Origin: Candidatus Latescibacterota bacterium
GTDB lineage: Bacteria; Latescibacterota; UBA2968; GCA-2709665
Direction: 5' to 3'
DNA: 64,000 nucleotides
Assembly (NCBI GenBank): GCA_965219455.1
Contig: OZ244744.1
Coordinates: forward strand, 1,408,001 to 1,472,000
The translations under genes were made by a program, and so were the position numbers. Below the pieces are notes generated by a model. It did not search any database, was not told the DNA's origin, and saw only the letters and a list, made by a program, of their open reading frames with translations. Below are positions 50,891 to 61,064 of this stretch, piece after piece; the stretch's first letter is position 1; the number at the start of each line of letters is the position of its first letter.

Positions 50891-52870
50891 TCAGGCGTTC
50901 GTGAGCCACTCGTGCAACGCGGTTCGGTTGACCTGCCGACGCGAGACCGTCAGGGCTGAACCGGCCTGCGCGGCGCGGTAACACGTGCGAAATTCCTCTA
51001 CGCGGAAGTCTGTGCCCGCGTTGTGGATATATAGAGGCGCGGGCGCGATCAGCGCGGCGGCCGAGCGAAGGTCACCGGCGGCGCGGATGGCCGGGATGAA
51101 GAGGTGTTCGGCCCAATGGGCGTCGTCGCTGGCCCGGAACCGGTTACCGTTTACGACAGTGCGGCCGACACCGGGCGACAGGGCGCGCGCGAACAGGCAC
51201 CAGAGCCCTGCGGCGCCCATGCCCAGAAGTTGAACGGATGTCACGTCGGTGCGGGACCCGAGATAGGCCAGCGCTGTGAGGATGTCCTGTATTCTGCAGG
51301 ACGCATCGCCGGGGTTGTAGGTGTGGAAATGGGGCGCATCCGTGTCCCGGCGCCCCGTGTTTGAAGGAGAGGATCCAACGAGGAACGGGCTGATGGTCAG
51401 AACCCGGTGGCCCCGCCGGAGCAGGTCGGCGACCACGGGGCCGGGTGCGCCGTTATCGGGGTCGGACAGGGCGTCATTGCCGCCAGGGTGCACCAGGAGC
51501 GTGCCCGGAGACTTCTCCAGGCCGTTTCGCGACAGAAACAGCCGCGCGGGAACGCGGTCTCCGAAATCCCGCCGGCCAAGAAGCAGCCGCTGGATGATGT
51601 GCCGCCCGTTCCTGGTACGCCCCAGGTCCCTCGCGACAGGCGCCTTCGGGTACGTGGCGGCGATGGCGTGCCGGAGCGCCGGCGCCATCCGCTCCTTGAA
51701 CCGGCACAGGGAGGCCGGGTTATCCGGCAGTGCGTCTTTCAGGCGCGTCTCGGAACGGGCGATCAGGAATTGCGTGAGCCCGTCGGCATCCAGGGCGTGG
51801 GCGGGCGGCTTCCGGTTGTGGAAAACCAGCAGATCCTCGTCGGGTTCCACCGCAAAAGCCCGCTCCTTGAATGGTTCGTCCCTGCCGAGCAGCCACCTGC
51901 CGAACCATCCATATACGTATTCACGGCTCTTGCGATTGTAGTTGTGCCCGGCATCGACCTGCGCGGTGGCGACTCTGTCCGCGGCGTTGTACAGGTTGTA
52001 GATGTCCCGAATCGCAGGATATTCCAGTTCGGGCGTATTGCACGTCCAGTCGCCGGAGGCGGAGACGAGGAACAGCGGGCGCGGCGCCATTGCGGCCGCG
52101 ATCTCGACGTTGTTGACGTCCAGGCGGAGATGGGCCTGGTTTTCACAGTTGCAGCCGCCCTGCATGTGGGCCGAAATCATATTGACCGGCGCCGCAACTT
52201 TGACCCGGTCGTCCACCGCGGCAAGCATGAAGGTCTGGGTTCCTCCACCCGATGCGCCGGTGCAGCCGATCCGGTCCGGGTCCACGTCCGGAAGGGCCTG
52301 AAGGAAGTCGATAACGCGGATGCTGTTCCACAGCTGCAGCCCCATGACGCCGATGCCCCAGAGGTCTTCCACGCGTCCGCCGAATTCCCGATGCTCGATC
52401 TGGCTGCTGTCATTATACCCCGCCATGTCGTACGAAAAGACAACATGACCCTGGAGGGCCAGGTTGATACAACGACCCGGTATGGAAGCGAACGCCGTGT
52501 CGTCGTTCTCGAGCCGACCGCGACGGCAGTGGCCGTGGGGGCAGGCAACGCCGGGGTGGGGTCCACCATTCGACGGACGATACAGGTTGCCGCACACCAG
52601 AAACCCCGGTAGAGACTCTAAGAAGACTTTCTCCACGGAGTAGCCCCCGCGCTCCACGCGTCCGAACACGCGGGGTTCGAGGGGGCTCTTTTCGGGCAAT
52701 GGGTACAAACCAAGAACAACGAGGATGTGTTTCCTTATATGCGCGGCGCGGGCTTCCCATTCTTCAAGTGACGAACAGGCCGCCAGTGTCCACGGGGTGT
52801 GGACGTGACGGGACTCGGCAAGGCGGGCATCGGGCACGGCCTCGGAGATGTAATCTGCAACGGTAGCCAC
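50891..52870 (-). CDS. Two-domain alpha/beta hydrolase (acetylxylan-esterase-like)
   Basis: VACPHGH, VDPDRIGCTGASGGGTQT nucleophile elbow, APRPL and GHNY motifs; degenerate second hydrolase domain. Confidence 0.88.
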   Translation of the reverse strand: MATVADYISEAVPDARLAESRHVHTPWTLAACSSLEEWEARAAHIRKHILVVLGLYPLPEKSPLEPRVFGRVERGGYSVEKVFLESLPGFLVCGNLYRPSNGGPHPGVACPHGHCRRGRLENDDTAFASIPGRCINLALQGHVVFSYDMAGYNDSSQIEHREFGGRVEDLWGIGVMGLQLWNSIRVIDFLQALPDVDPDRIGCTGASGGGTQTFMLAAVDDRVKVAAPVNMISAHMQGGCNCENQAHLRLDVNNVEIAAAMAPRPLFLVSASGDWTCNTPELEYPAIRDIYNLYNAADRVATAQVDAGHNYNRKSREYVYGWFGRWLLGRDEPFKERAFAVEPDEDLLVFHNRKPPAHALDADGLTQFLIARSETRLKDALPDNPASLCRFKERMAPALRHAIAATYPKAPVARDLGRTRNGRHIIQRLLLGRRDFGDRVPARLFLSRNGLEKSPGTLLVHPGGNDALSDPDNGAPGPVVADLLRRGHRVLTISPFLVGSSPSNTGRRDTDAPHFHTYNPGDASCRIQDILTALAYLGSRTDVTSVQLLGMGAAGLWCLFARALSPGVGRTVVNGNRFRASDDAHWAEHLFIPAIRAAGDLRSAAALIAPAPLYIHNAGTDFRVEEFRTCYRAAQAGSALTVSRRQVNRTALHEWLTNA

Positions 52871-53175
52871 GTAGAGTTTCTCCTGAACGCCTGAAACGCG
52901 TGGCGCCTGGACCCTTCAGCGGGAAATTGAAACCGGGAACACCGCGCGTCCATCCGACCAGGCCCGCGGGTGGCGCCCGGACCGTGCGTTTCGATACCGG
53001 TTGAGGAAGACGTCCGTGCGGCGATAGATTGCGGGAAAGATAAAGCCCCGGACGGCGAAACGCAAGGTGCATCGCAGCAATGATCCGATACTCAGATCCG
53101 GCTGGATTGATACCGTGGAATTCACTATATTGACGCGTTAAAAATAGAGGAACTTTCTCCAAGGGAGGCCACACG

Positions 53176-53559
53176 ATGGACAAGCGGGAGATCAGACACC
53201 CGGATAAGCAGGTGGATACAGGGGCGTATTCGGCGGCGGTGGAAGTGGACGGCTGGGTTTACGTGAGTGGGCATGCATCGCTGGATATGGCCACTGGCGA
53301 CGTAATCGGCAACGATATCGAGACACAGACACGTACGACACTGGAGCATATCCGCAGGGTTCTGCAGGAAGCGGGCTGTTCCATGGACGACGTCGTAAAG
53401 TCGACGTGCCACCTGGCGGATATTGGCGATTTCGCGGCATTCAACGGGGCGTATTCGGAGTTCTTCACGGGTGTACGACCGGCCAGGACAACGGTGCAGT
53501 CCGTCCTGCCGGGCATCCTGGTGGAAATCGACGTGGTCGCCAGAAAACCGCAACAATAA
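53176..53559 (+). CDS. RidA/YjgF/UK114-family protein
   Basis: GGGAGG RBS; YSAAV, VYVSGH, NGAYSEFF..RPARTTV and LVEID motifs. Confidence 0.93.
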   Translation: MDKREIRHPDKQVDTGAYSAAVEVDGWVYVSGHASLDMATGDVIGNDIETQTRTTLEHIRRVLQEAGCSMDDVVKSTCHLADIGDFAAFNGAYSEFFTGVRPARTTVQSVLPGILVEIDVVARKPQQ

Positions 53560-53591
53560 CCCTGAACACCGTACCCTGAACGGCGGTGACA

Positions 53592-55556
53592 ATGGCTGTC
53601 ACGGAAAACGAGATTGTGTTTTTCAGATACCGCAACCGGTTGATGGCGGGCGTGTGCCTGTCTTCGCGCGGGGGAAAGGTGCGTTTCGCGACAGCGCGGA
53701 AGGAAACGGTGAATACGCCGGTTGAGAATGTGTTGCTCCGCACCGGCGAGAGCGCCGGAGACTGGACCGCGGCGGCCCGGTGGATGGCACGTGCTGAAGA
53801 GGAGAGCGAAGTCATAAATCTCGAGGATGCGTGGGAACTCGTGCGTGACGACGCGGATGTCTGGACCGTGGATGCATTGGCGGATCTCTATTTCGGAGGG
53901 GGCGTAACGCCGGATCAGCGCGCGGCGCTGCTGGTCCATCTCGAGCATAACTGCTATTTCGAGGCGGAGAGACGCGGGGGCGGGTACCGCGCGTTGAGCG
54001 ACGAGGAAGTTCATGATCGACAGGCCGCTGCCGGCCGTCAGGCGGCGCGCGCCGAGGAAAGGGCGCGGTTTCGGCAGTGGTTCGAGGAGAACCGGGAGGA
54101 ACCGCCGGAATATGTCTGCCGTTGGGTCGATCGGCTGAAGGATTACGTTTTGTACGGCGACAAGAGTATTCATCTTGGCTGGGTGGAACGCATGGCGGGC
54201 GCCAGGGTGGACGCGCGCATCGTCTTCAATCGACTTGTGCGCCACGGCGCCTGGGTTCCGGATGAACATCTGGACCTGATTCGATCCGAGGTGCCCGTCG
54301 AATTTCCGGCCGTTGTCAGCAAAGCGGCGGATGCGTTGCGCCTGCCTCCGCTGCTGGACGACGGCCGGCGCAGGGACCTGACGGATCTTGCGGTATACGC
54401 GGTCGACGACGCGACAACGACCGACATGGACGATGGCGTGTCGGTCCTGATACGAGCCGACAGGACCATGCAGGTGGGGGTACACATCACCGACGTGGCG
54501 GGGTTGATTCCCCTGGATTCCGAACCGGACCGGGAGGCGGCGGCGAGGATTTCCAGTCTTTACTTCCCGGACCGGAAGATTCCCATGTTTCCAGAGACGG
54601 TTTCAAGCGATCTGGGCAGTCTGCGACCGGGCGCGCCCCGGCTGGCGCTGAGTCAGCTGTTCGAGGTTTCGGCGGATGGAACGGTGGAAGGCGTTGATAT
54701 CGTTCCGTCCGTTATACGGTGCCGTGAGAAACTCTCGTATGAGGCCGTGGACGGGATTCTGGAGGATTCGTCCCATTCGCTGTACAACGACTTTTCGGCA
54801 TTGCACACCGTGGCGGAGTGGCACTGTATCGAGCGACTGCAGAACGGTGCAATCGACGTGGAACATCCGAATCGGCGAATCGGGATAACGGCAGACGGGG
54901 AAATCGAGTTTTCGATGCAGGACGGCAGATCCCCCGCCAATTTGCTCGTGAGCGAAATGATGGTGATGGCCAATGTGGCAGTAGCTCGATTTTGCAGGGA
55001 CCTGAACATTCCGGTGGTGTACCGGACCCAGACGGCGCCGGATCCGGCGGATTTCAGCGACGTGGAGAACGAAGTGTTGCGCCGGTACAACGTGTTGCGC
55101 AGAATGCGGCGGGCGTCGATGAGTGTGACGCCGGAATTGCATGGCGGGCTGGGTGTGGAGGCGTACTGCCAGACCTCTTCGCCGCTGCGCCGGTATACGG
55201 ACCTGGCGGTTCAACGTCAAGTGGCGGCGTATCTGCTGGATCAACCGCTGCCTTATGACGACGAGCGCATCCAGCGTGTGGTTTTCGAGGCCGAGGAACG
55301 GATGCGGACGTTGATCCGCATCGAGCGGCAGCGGGAGCGGTACTGGCTGTTCCGCTACCTGCAGGGTCGTATAGGCGACGTGTTCGATGCGGTGGCGCTG
55401 GAAGCGCGTGATCGGACACTGAACGTGGAAGTACTGGATTTCGCGTTCCAGACGGAAATCAGGCCGCCCGTGAACGTGCGGCCGGGAGACACCGTGTCCG
55501 TCCGATTGGGACGATGCGATCCCTGGCGGGGCGATATTTCCTTTTCTCCGGTATAG
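53592..55556 (+). CDS. RNB-domain exoribonuclease (RNase II/R family)
   Basis: RRDLT, DDATTTDMDDG catalytic motif, GVHITDV, SEMMVMAN, HGGLG..YCQTSSPLRRYTDL. Confidence 0.93.
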   Translation: MAVTENEIVFFRYRNRLMAGVCLSSRGGKVRFATARKETVNTPVENVLLRTGESAGDWTAAARWMARAEEESEVINLEDAWELVRDDADVWTVDALADLYFGGGVTPDQRAALLVHLEHNCYFEAERRGGGYRALSDEEVHDRQAAAGRQAARAEERARFRQWFEENREEPPEYVCRWVDRLKDYVLYGDKSIHLGWVERMAGARVDARIVFNRLVRHGAWVPDEHLDLIRSEVPVEFPAVVSKAADALRLPPLLDDGRRRDLTDLAVYAVDDATTTDMDDGVSVLIRADRTMQVGVHITDVAGLIPLDSEPDREAAARISSLYFPDRKIPMFPETVSSDLGSLRPGAPRLALSQLFEVSADGTVEGVDIVPSVIRCREKLSYEAVDGILEDSSHSLYNDFSALHTVAEWHCIERLQNGAIDVEHPNRRIGITADGEIEFSMQDGRSPANLLVSEMMVMANVAVARFCRDLNIPVVYRTQTAPDPADFSDVENEVLRRYNVLRRMRRASMSVTPELHGGLGVEAYCQTSSPLRRYTDLAVQRQVAAYLLDQPLPYDDERIQRVVFEAEERMRTLIRIERQRERYWLFRYLQGRIGDVFDAVALEARDRTLNVEVLDFAFQTEIRPPVNVRPGDTVSVRLGRCDPWRGDISFSPV

Positions 55557-55820
55557 TGTCCTTTCCCGGAATTACGTCCCCATGCTTCCGCCTGTCCGGC
55601 GGACGCAGGCAGGCATGCGTGAGACAGCACGCACAGGAAGGACGGATCATTCGGATTGCCTATTTGTTTCGTTGATTTCCTTCGAGATGGAAATTTCGAA
55701 TTTTTGCCGGCGGTCCGATAAATGCTCTGGAGGATTGCCCATTTGTTTCCTTTTTGTATATTACGTTCCGGGGAGGAGATGACGTCTCGATTCCCTGCCG
55801 GGCAACGGGTCTGTTGTTTG

Positions 55821-56005
55821 GAAGTTGTTTTAAAATTCCTGGTGAGTCCCGAGCGCGAGCGAAGAAGTGACGGTCAAGGCGGGAAAATCCGCCCAAGAGA
55901 GGCGAGCGAGCGCAGCCTCGACCTCTCAATACAGGTGGGTTTGACCAACGCCGACCGGCGCTTTTGCAGCCGCGCGAAGACCGCTGGGGATTTTAAGACA
56001 GCTTC
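55821..56005. mobile_element. ~185-bp MITE-like element (family 2)
   Basis: TIRs GAAGTTGTTTTAAAATTCC / GGGATTTTAAGACAGCTTC (16/19 complementary); non-coding interior; TSD unclear. Confidence 0.7.
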
Positions 56006-56021
56006 TTATGCGAGGGCATCC

Positions 56022-56726
56022 ATGAAAGACAATATTCTGGTGGTTGAAGACGAAGTCGATATTCAGGAAATCGTCTCTTACAATCTTGAGAAGGCGGGCT
56101 TTACGGTTTCCGCCGCCGAAACGGGCGAGGAGGCCCTCGATCAGATTCGGCAGGGGTGTCCGGACCTGGTCGTGCTGGACCTGATGTTGCCGGGAATAGA
56201 CGGCCTGGAAGTGTGCAGGTTGCTGAAGCAGGATGCGGCCACCCGCGATCTGCCAATTCTGATGCTGACGGCGCGCGCCGAGGAGGTGGACCGCGTCGTA
56301 GGGCTCGAACTGGGAGCGGACGACTATGTCGTAAAGCCGTTCTCGCCCCGCGAACTGGTGCTCCGTATCCAGGCCATTCTGAGGCGGCTGCCGGAGGGTC
56401 GGGACTCGGCGGCGACCGAGTCCGATCGGGACACGATAAGATTCGGGCCGCTCACGATCGATCGGACCGCCCACCGGGTAACCGTGAGCGGCGATGTGCT
56501 GACGTTGACATTCACCGAGTTCAGTTTGCTGGTTACACTGGCCGAGCGCAGGGGACGCGTGCAGTCCAGGGAGGAATTGTTGAATACGGTTTGGGGTTAC
56601 GACTACGCCGGTTATGGCCGGACCGTGGATACGCATATCCGGCGGTTGAGAGAGAAACTGGGCGGCGCGAGCGAAATGGTGGAGACGGTTCGGGGCGTTG
56701 GCTATCGATTCATGGGAGAAAGCTGA
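56022..56726 (+). CDS. phoB: OmpR/PhoB-family response regulator, PhoB-like
   Basis: ILVVEDE, LDLMLPG, GADDYVVKPF and RTVDTHIRRLREKL motifs; context with PhoR-like kinase and ppk1. Confidence 0.8.
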   Translation: MKDNILVVEDEVDIQEIVSYNLEKAGFTVSAAETGEEALDQIRQGCPDLVVLDLMLPGIDGLEVCRLLKQDAATRDLPILMLTARAEEVDRVVGLELGADDYVVKPFSPRELVLRIQAILRRLPEGRDSAATESDRDTIRFGPLTIDRTAHRVTVSGDVLTLTFTEFSLLVTLAERRGRVQSREELLNTVWGYDYAGYGRTVDTHIRRLREKLGGASEMVETVRGVGYRFMGES

Positions 56727-56733
56727 GGAAAAG

Positions 56734-58182
56734 ATGTTTACAACGGCGCCCTCACCCGAAAGCCAGGGAATTCCGTCCCGCGCGATCCTGAATTTCCTGC
56801 AGCGGATCGACTCCGAGCGAATCTGCATGCACGGGTTCCTGCTGATGCGCCGCAACAGAATCGCCGCTGAGGGATACTGGGCCCCGTGGTCGGCTGAGCG
56901 CAAGCACCGGATGTATTCAGTCAGCAAGAGCTTTGTCGCGTTGGCGGTGGGGATGATGATCGACGAAGGCAGGCTCACGCTCGACGATCGGATCGCCGAA
57001 TACTTCCCGGACAAACTCCCGGAAAAACTCCATCCGTGGCTTGCCGCCTCAACCGTCAGGGACCTCCTGACGATGGCGACCCCCCATTCGAGAAACTCCT
57101 ATACGCGCAATAATCCGGACTGGGTCCGGACCTTCTTCAACCGGATCCCCTCACATCCTCCTGGAACGATCTTTTCGTACGACACCGCGGCAACCGTCGT
57201 GCTCACGGCCACGGTCGAACGGCTTTCCGGCATGCCCTTTCTGGATTACATGCGACCGAAATTTCTGGACCGGATCGGCTTTTCGACCGACGGATGGTGC
57301 ATCCGGACGCCCGAGGGAGTGTCGTGGGGCGGATCGGGGGTCATCTGTACGCTTCGCGATCTGGCCAGAGTCGCACTCACCTGCATGAACGGGGGCGTTT
57401 GGGGCGATGAAAGGGTTCTGCCGGAGGCGTACGTGCGCGCCGCGACCTCCAGCCGGATCGACAACGCCATCCGGGGGAACTGCGGGTACGGGTATCAGAT
57501 CTGGCGCGATAAAGAGAACGGATTTTCCTTCCGCGGGATGGGCAGTCAGTACGCCATCTGTTTTCCCGACAAGGCGTTTCTGTTCACATGCATCGCCGAC
57601 ACACAGGGAGCACCGGCCGGCAGCGCCATTCCTTCCGTGATGCGGGAGGAACTCTACCCCCACCTTTCAGATGCGCCGCTTCCGGAGAACCGCGAGGCCT
57701 ACGCGGAACTCTCCGATAAAATCGAGCGGCTGGCAGTCCTGCCGATCCCCGGGGATCCCGACGCAAGGGCGGCTTCGGAAGTCAATGGAGCCTGGTATGC
57801 TTTGGAAGACAACCCGATGGGGATCACGCGGATGCGCCTGTCGTTCAAGGAGGATGAGGGCGCCTGGGAGTACACCAACGGTCAGGGCGACAATGTGCTG
57901 CGGTTCGGTATCGGACGCGTGCTGCCGGGCAAGTTCCCTCAGCGCGGCTACTTCGGCGAACAGATCGGCTCGGTCCCCGGCATCGAATACGATTGCCTGG
58001 CATCGGCCGCGTGGATCGACGCACAGACGCTCAACATGGAAGTCTACATCACGGATATTTACCTGGGAGGGCTCAGGATATCTTTCGCCTTCAAGGGGGA
58101 AGAGATCGGCGTCTTTATGACAAAGCAAGCCGAGTGGTTCCTGGATGAATTCAATGGATTCGCCGGAGGAAAGCGCCTCTAA
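56734..58182 (+). CDS. Serine hydrolase, beta-lactamase class C/PBP-like family
   Basis: SxxK (YSVSKS), TVRDLLTM, PPGTIFSYD and GYGYQIW motifs; no signal peptide. Confidence 0.88.
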   Translation: MFTTAPSPESQGIPSRAILNFLQRIDSERICMHGFLLMRRNRIAAEGYWAPWSAERKHRMYSVSKSFVALAVGMMIDEGRLTLDDRIAEYFPDKLPEKLHPWLAASTVRDLLTMATPHSRNSYTRNNPDWVRTFFNRIPSHPPGTIFSYDTAATVVLTATVERLSGMPFLDYMRPKFLDRIGFSTDGWCIRTPEGVSWGGSGVICTLRDLARVALTCMNGGVWGDERVLPEAYVRAATSSRIDNAIRGNCGYGYQIWRDKENGFSFRGMGSQYAICFPDKAFLFTCIADTQGAPAGSAIPSVMREELYPHLSDAPLPENREAYAELSDKIERLAVLPIPGDPDARAASEVNGAWYALEDNPMGITRMRLSFKEDEGAWEYTNGQGDNVLRFGIGRVLPGKFPQRGYFGEQIGSVPGIEYDCLASAAWIDAQTLNMEVYITDIYLGGLRISFAFKGEEIGVFMTKQAEWFLDEFNGFAGGKRL

Positions 58183-58324
58183 GCTTGCACTGTGTTTGCG
58201 CCCGTTAAGGCCTTCGCCCTCTCCCTTCCTGCCGATTGACGCCAAGCCTTAAAATAGTGTCATGACGACTTTGTTTTTCTTATATTTATGACGAGTCAGT
58301 ACAGACTCTATTTGGATCTCGAAG

Positions 58325-58591
58325 ATGAATTGGCCTGATTGGTGGAATTGGGAACTGGAAATCACCCCGCACGTCGAAAAACGAATGGAGCAGAGAGATT
58401 TTACAGAGATTGCTCTGAGAGAGATGTTGAACCGTGCCCGTGGCCTTCGGCCGGATGAATATCACGGCCGATTTGTCGTGGAAAGTCGGTATCATCAGGA
58501 GGGTTGGGAGGTTATTGTCGAGCCGGATTTTGAGGAAGAATTGCTGGTGATCGTCACCGCGTATCCAGTCTGCGAGAGCGAAGAGCGATGA
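58325..58591 (+). CDS. DUF4258-like small protein (putative toxin)
   Basis: ITPHVEKRMEQRDF..WEVIVE..LVIVTAYP; ATGA overlap with the next ORF. Confidence 0.72.
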   Translation: MNWPDWWNWELEITPHVEKRMEQRDFTEIALREMLNRARGLRPDEYHGRFVVESRYHQEGWEVIVEPDFEEELLVIVTAYPVCESEER

Positions 58592-58857
58592 GAGATCGAT
58601 ATTTGGAAATTACGTTTCGGAAGGGGCGGCCGCTGGCAGCGTATTTATATTTTCCCCGAAACGTCCGAGCCAGGAGTGTCAGGACTGACAAGATTCGGAA
58701 GGGTTTTCTGGTGGATTATGAGGCAGAAGGACACCCGATCGGACTGGAAATCACTGCTCCGACTCATGTGACGTCCGACCAGATCAACGAGGTGTTGAAG
58801 GAACTGAACGTTCCCCTGCTTGATCCTGAAGAGTTCGCACCATTACGGGCAGCATAG
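58588..58857 (+). CDS. DUF2283-like small protein (putative antitoxin)
   Basis: AAYLYF..LVDYEAEGHPIGLEI motif. Confidence 0.75.
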   Translation: MRDRYLEITFRKGRPLAAYLYFPRNVRARSVRTDKIRKGFLVDYEAEGHPIGLEITAPTHVTSDQINEVLKELNVPLLDPEEFAPLRAA

Positions 58858-59117
58858 GCAGGTTTTCAATGGGCGGAAGCATCTAACGACAGTCTTTCAG
58901 ATCGGGTTGAAGTCCTGCATTCTTGGCTGTTCTTTATCAATGGCCTGTGTCCCATTTTTTTCGAGATGGCACGGGTCATTTTTGTCATTGAAATTGCGGG
59001 GAAATAGATGATCCATGGGAGGTATTATTGGCCGGCATTTTCATCTCCAAGGTTACGGTTTTCCATATATTAAAGTCAACAATAGCGTATTAGGACAGTG
59101 CGGTCAGGGGGCGTTAG

Positions 59118-60989
59118 ATGCGATTTCATTGGCGGTTGATGTTGATTTGTGTGGCGGTTGTCGCAATGGCCATGGCGGCCGTACATTTGTATTTGACCCA
59201 TACGATTCGGGATATCCTGCTGGCGCAACGCCGGGATACGCTCACGCAGGAGGTCCGGACGGCCGTCGCCCAATTTGCAGGCCAATGGGCGGAAGCCGCG
59301 GCTTCCGGTACCGTGAATGAGATCGTGAACCGGATCGGGCGGCGGTTGGACGTTCGTGCGACGGTTATTGACGGCGACGGGAAGGTGCTGTGGGATTCGG
59401 AGGTTCGGGTGGAGGATCTTGCACGGCTGGCGAATCAGGCAGACCGCCCGGAGGTCCGGTCCGCGTGGGAAGGCTCGGTTGGCCGACACCTGCGTTCCGG
59501 CGAATCGACGGAACGGGAAATGCAGTTTGTGGCCAAGACCATTCCAGGGCTGCGTGACGGGCGCGTGGTGATGCGGCTGGGCGCACCGCTGAATCACGTG
59601 GGACAACTCGAGGATCGCGTCAGTCGCGCGATGTGGGCGGCATCCGCGCTGGGGTTGGCCCTGGCTCTGCTGCTGTCCTACAACGTCTCGCAATATATCT
59701 CGCGTCCCATAGAAAAACTGACGCGCGTTGCGCGTTCGGTGGCCGCGGGTAACTTCGATGAGGAGGTGCCGTCCGTTGCTTCTTCCCGGGAATTTAGGGA
59801 TCTGGCAAGGGCTCTGGATTCAACGCGGCAGCAGGTCCGGGACCGGATTTCGGATATTGTCGGGGAAAAGTCCAGGCTGGAGACGATCCTGTCGGACATT
59901 ACCGTGGGCATCCTTGTCACGGGGCGCGACGGCCGCGTTCTGCTTACCAATCACACCTTCGAGCAGTTCTTCGGCGTGATGCCGCCCACGGAAGGCCGGC
60001 CGCCGGTGGAAATGATCCGTGACGTGCAGGTCCAGGAGGCAATCGAACACACCCTGAGAACCGGCGAAGCCCGAACGCAGGCAATGACAACGTCCGGTCT
60101 GCCCGAGCGCCATTTCGACGTGCACGTGGGACCCATTCGCCGGAAGGGCGCGGGAATGGGTGTGGTGGCGGTCTTCTACGATACGACCGAATTGCACCGG
60201 CTGGAGCGCGCGCGCAAGGATTTTGTGGCCAATGTATCCCACGAAATACGAACGCCGCTCACGGCCATCAAGGGGTGCGCGGATACGCTGGCCGAGGGCG
60301 CGCTTGACGACCGTGCAACCGCCGAGCGGTTCGTGCAAACCATACTCGCGCATTCAGACCGGCTCCAACTGCTGCTGGAAGATCTGCTCGATCTTTCGCG
60401 GCTGCAGTCCGACAGGCTGGCGATTGAAAAGGAAGACTTCTCAATCCGAAGGGTGGTGGACCGGGCGTACGATTCAATCCGGCAGCAGGCCGAAGACAAA
60501 GGTATTGCGGTTGCGGTTACGGTTCAGGATGAACTGACGGTCCGGGGCGACCCGAAGTTGATTGAGCAGGCCGTGGTCAACCTGCTCGACAATGCCGTGA
60601 AATATACACCGCAAAGCGGGCAGGTGCGGGTGGCTGCCAGACGGCTGGGTACGGATGAGGTATTCGCGGGAGAGGATGCGGAGAACACGCCGCGGTTTGT
60701 ACTGGCGGCGGATGCGGGCTATCCGGATGAGGATTCAAGACCGGTCGCGTCGGGCGAAAGCGTGGCCCTGGAAGTCGTGGATACCGGTATCGGGATCGCT
60801 TCGGATTCGCTGCCGCGGGTGTTCGAACGGTTTTACAGGGTGGACAAGGGACGCTCCAGGAGCCTGGGCGGAACCGGTCTGGGGCTTTCGATTGTCCGGC
60901 ACATCATCGAGGCCCACGGAGAACGGGTATACGTAAAGAGCGTACTCGGCGCCGGGGCGACGTTCGGCTTCACCCTACCGATCGCATAG
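59118..60989 (+). CDS. phoR: PhoR-like sensor histidine kinase (HAMP-PAS-HisKA-HATPase)
   Basis: Two TMs, ADRPEV periplasmic motif, DFVANVSHEIRTPLT H-box, NLLDNAVKYT, DTGIGI and FERFYRVDKGRSRSLGGTGLGLSIV. Confidence 0.85.
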   Translation: MRFHWRLMLICVAVVAMAMAAVHLYLTHTIRDILLAQRRDTLTQEVRTAVAQFAGQWAEAAASGTVNEIVNRIGRRLDVRATVIDGDGKVLWDSEVRVEDLARLANQADRPEVRSAWEGSVGRHLRSGESTEREMQFVAKTIPGLRDGRVVMRLGAPLNHVGQLEDRVSRAMWAASALGLALALLLSYNVSQYISRPIEKLTRVARSVAAGNFDEEVPSVASSREFRDLARALDSTRQQVRDRISDIVGEKSRLETILSDITVGILVTGRDGRVLLTNHTFEQFFGVMPPTEGRPPVEMIRDVQVQEAIEHTLRTGEARTQAMTTSGLPERHFDVHVGPIRRKGAGMGVVAVFYDTTELHRLERARKDFVANVSHEIRTPLTAIKGCADTLAEGALDDRATAERFVQTILAHSDRLQLLLEDLLDLSRLQSDRLAIEKEDFSIRRVVDRAYDSIRQQAEDKGIAVAVTVQDELTVRGDPKLIEQAVVNLLDNAVKYTPQSGQVRVAARRLGTDEVFAGEDAENTPRFVLAADAGYPDEDSRPVASGESVALEVVDTGIGIASDSLPRVFERFYRVDKGRSRSLGGTGLGLSIVRHIIEAHGERVYVKSVLGAGATFGFTLPIA

Positions 60990-61018
60990 TCGTACGCCCT
61001 GGTTTCACGAAAGAATGG

Positions 61019-61057
61019 AAGACGGAGGATCGAAAGACTGCCCTCCGTCTTTTTTTT
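61019..61057 (+). terminator. Intrinsic terminator between convergent phoR and ppk1
   Basis: AAGACGGAGG..CCTCCGTCTT stem followed by a T8 run. Confidence 0.75.
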
Positions 61058-61064
61058 CGGGGAT

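Noticed and set aside
58972-58992. Pho box upstream of phoR (GTCAT..GTCAT)
   Set aside because: Repeat spacing is 9 bp rather than 11.
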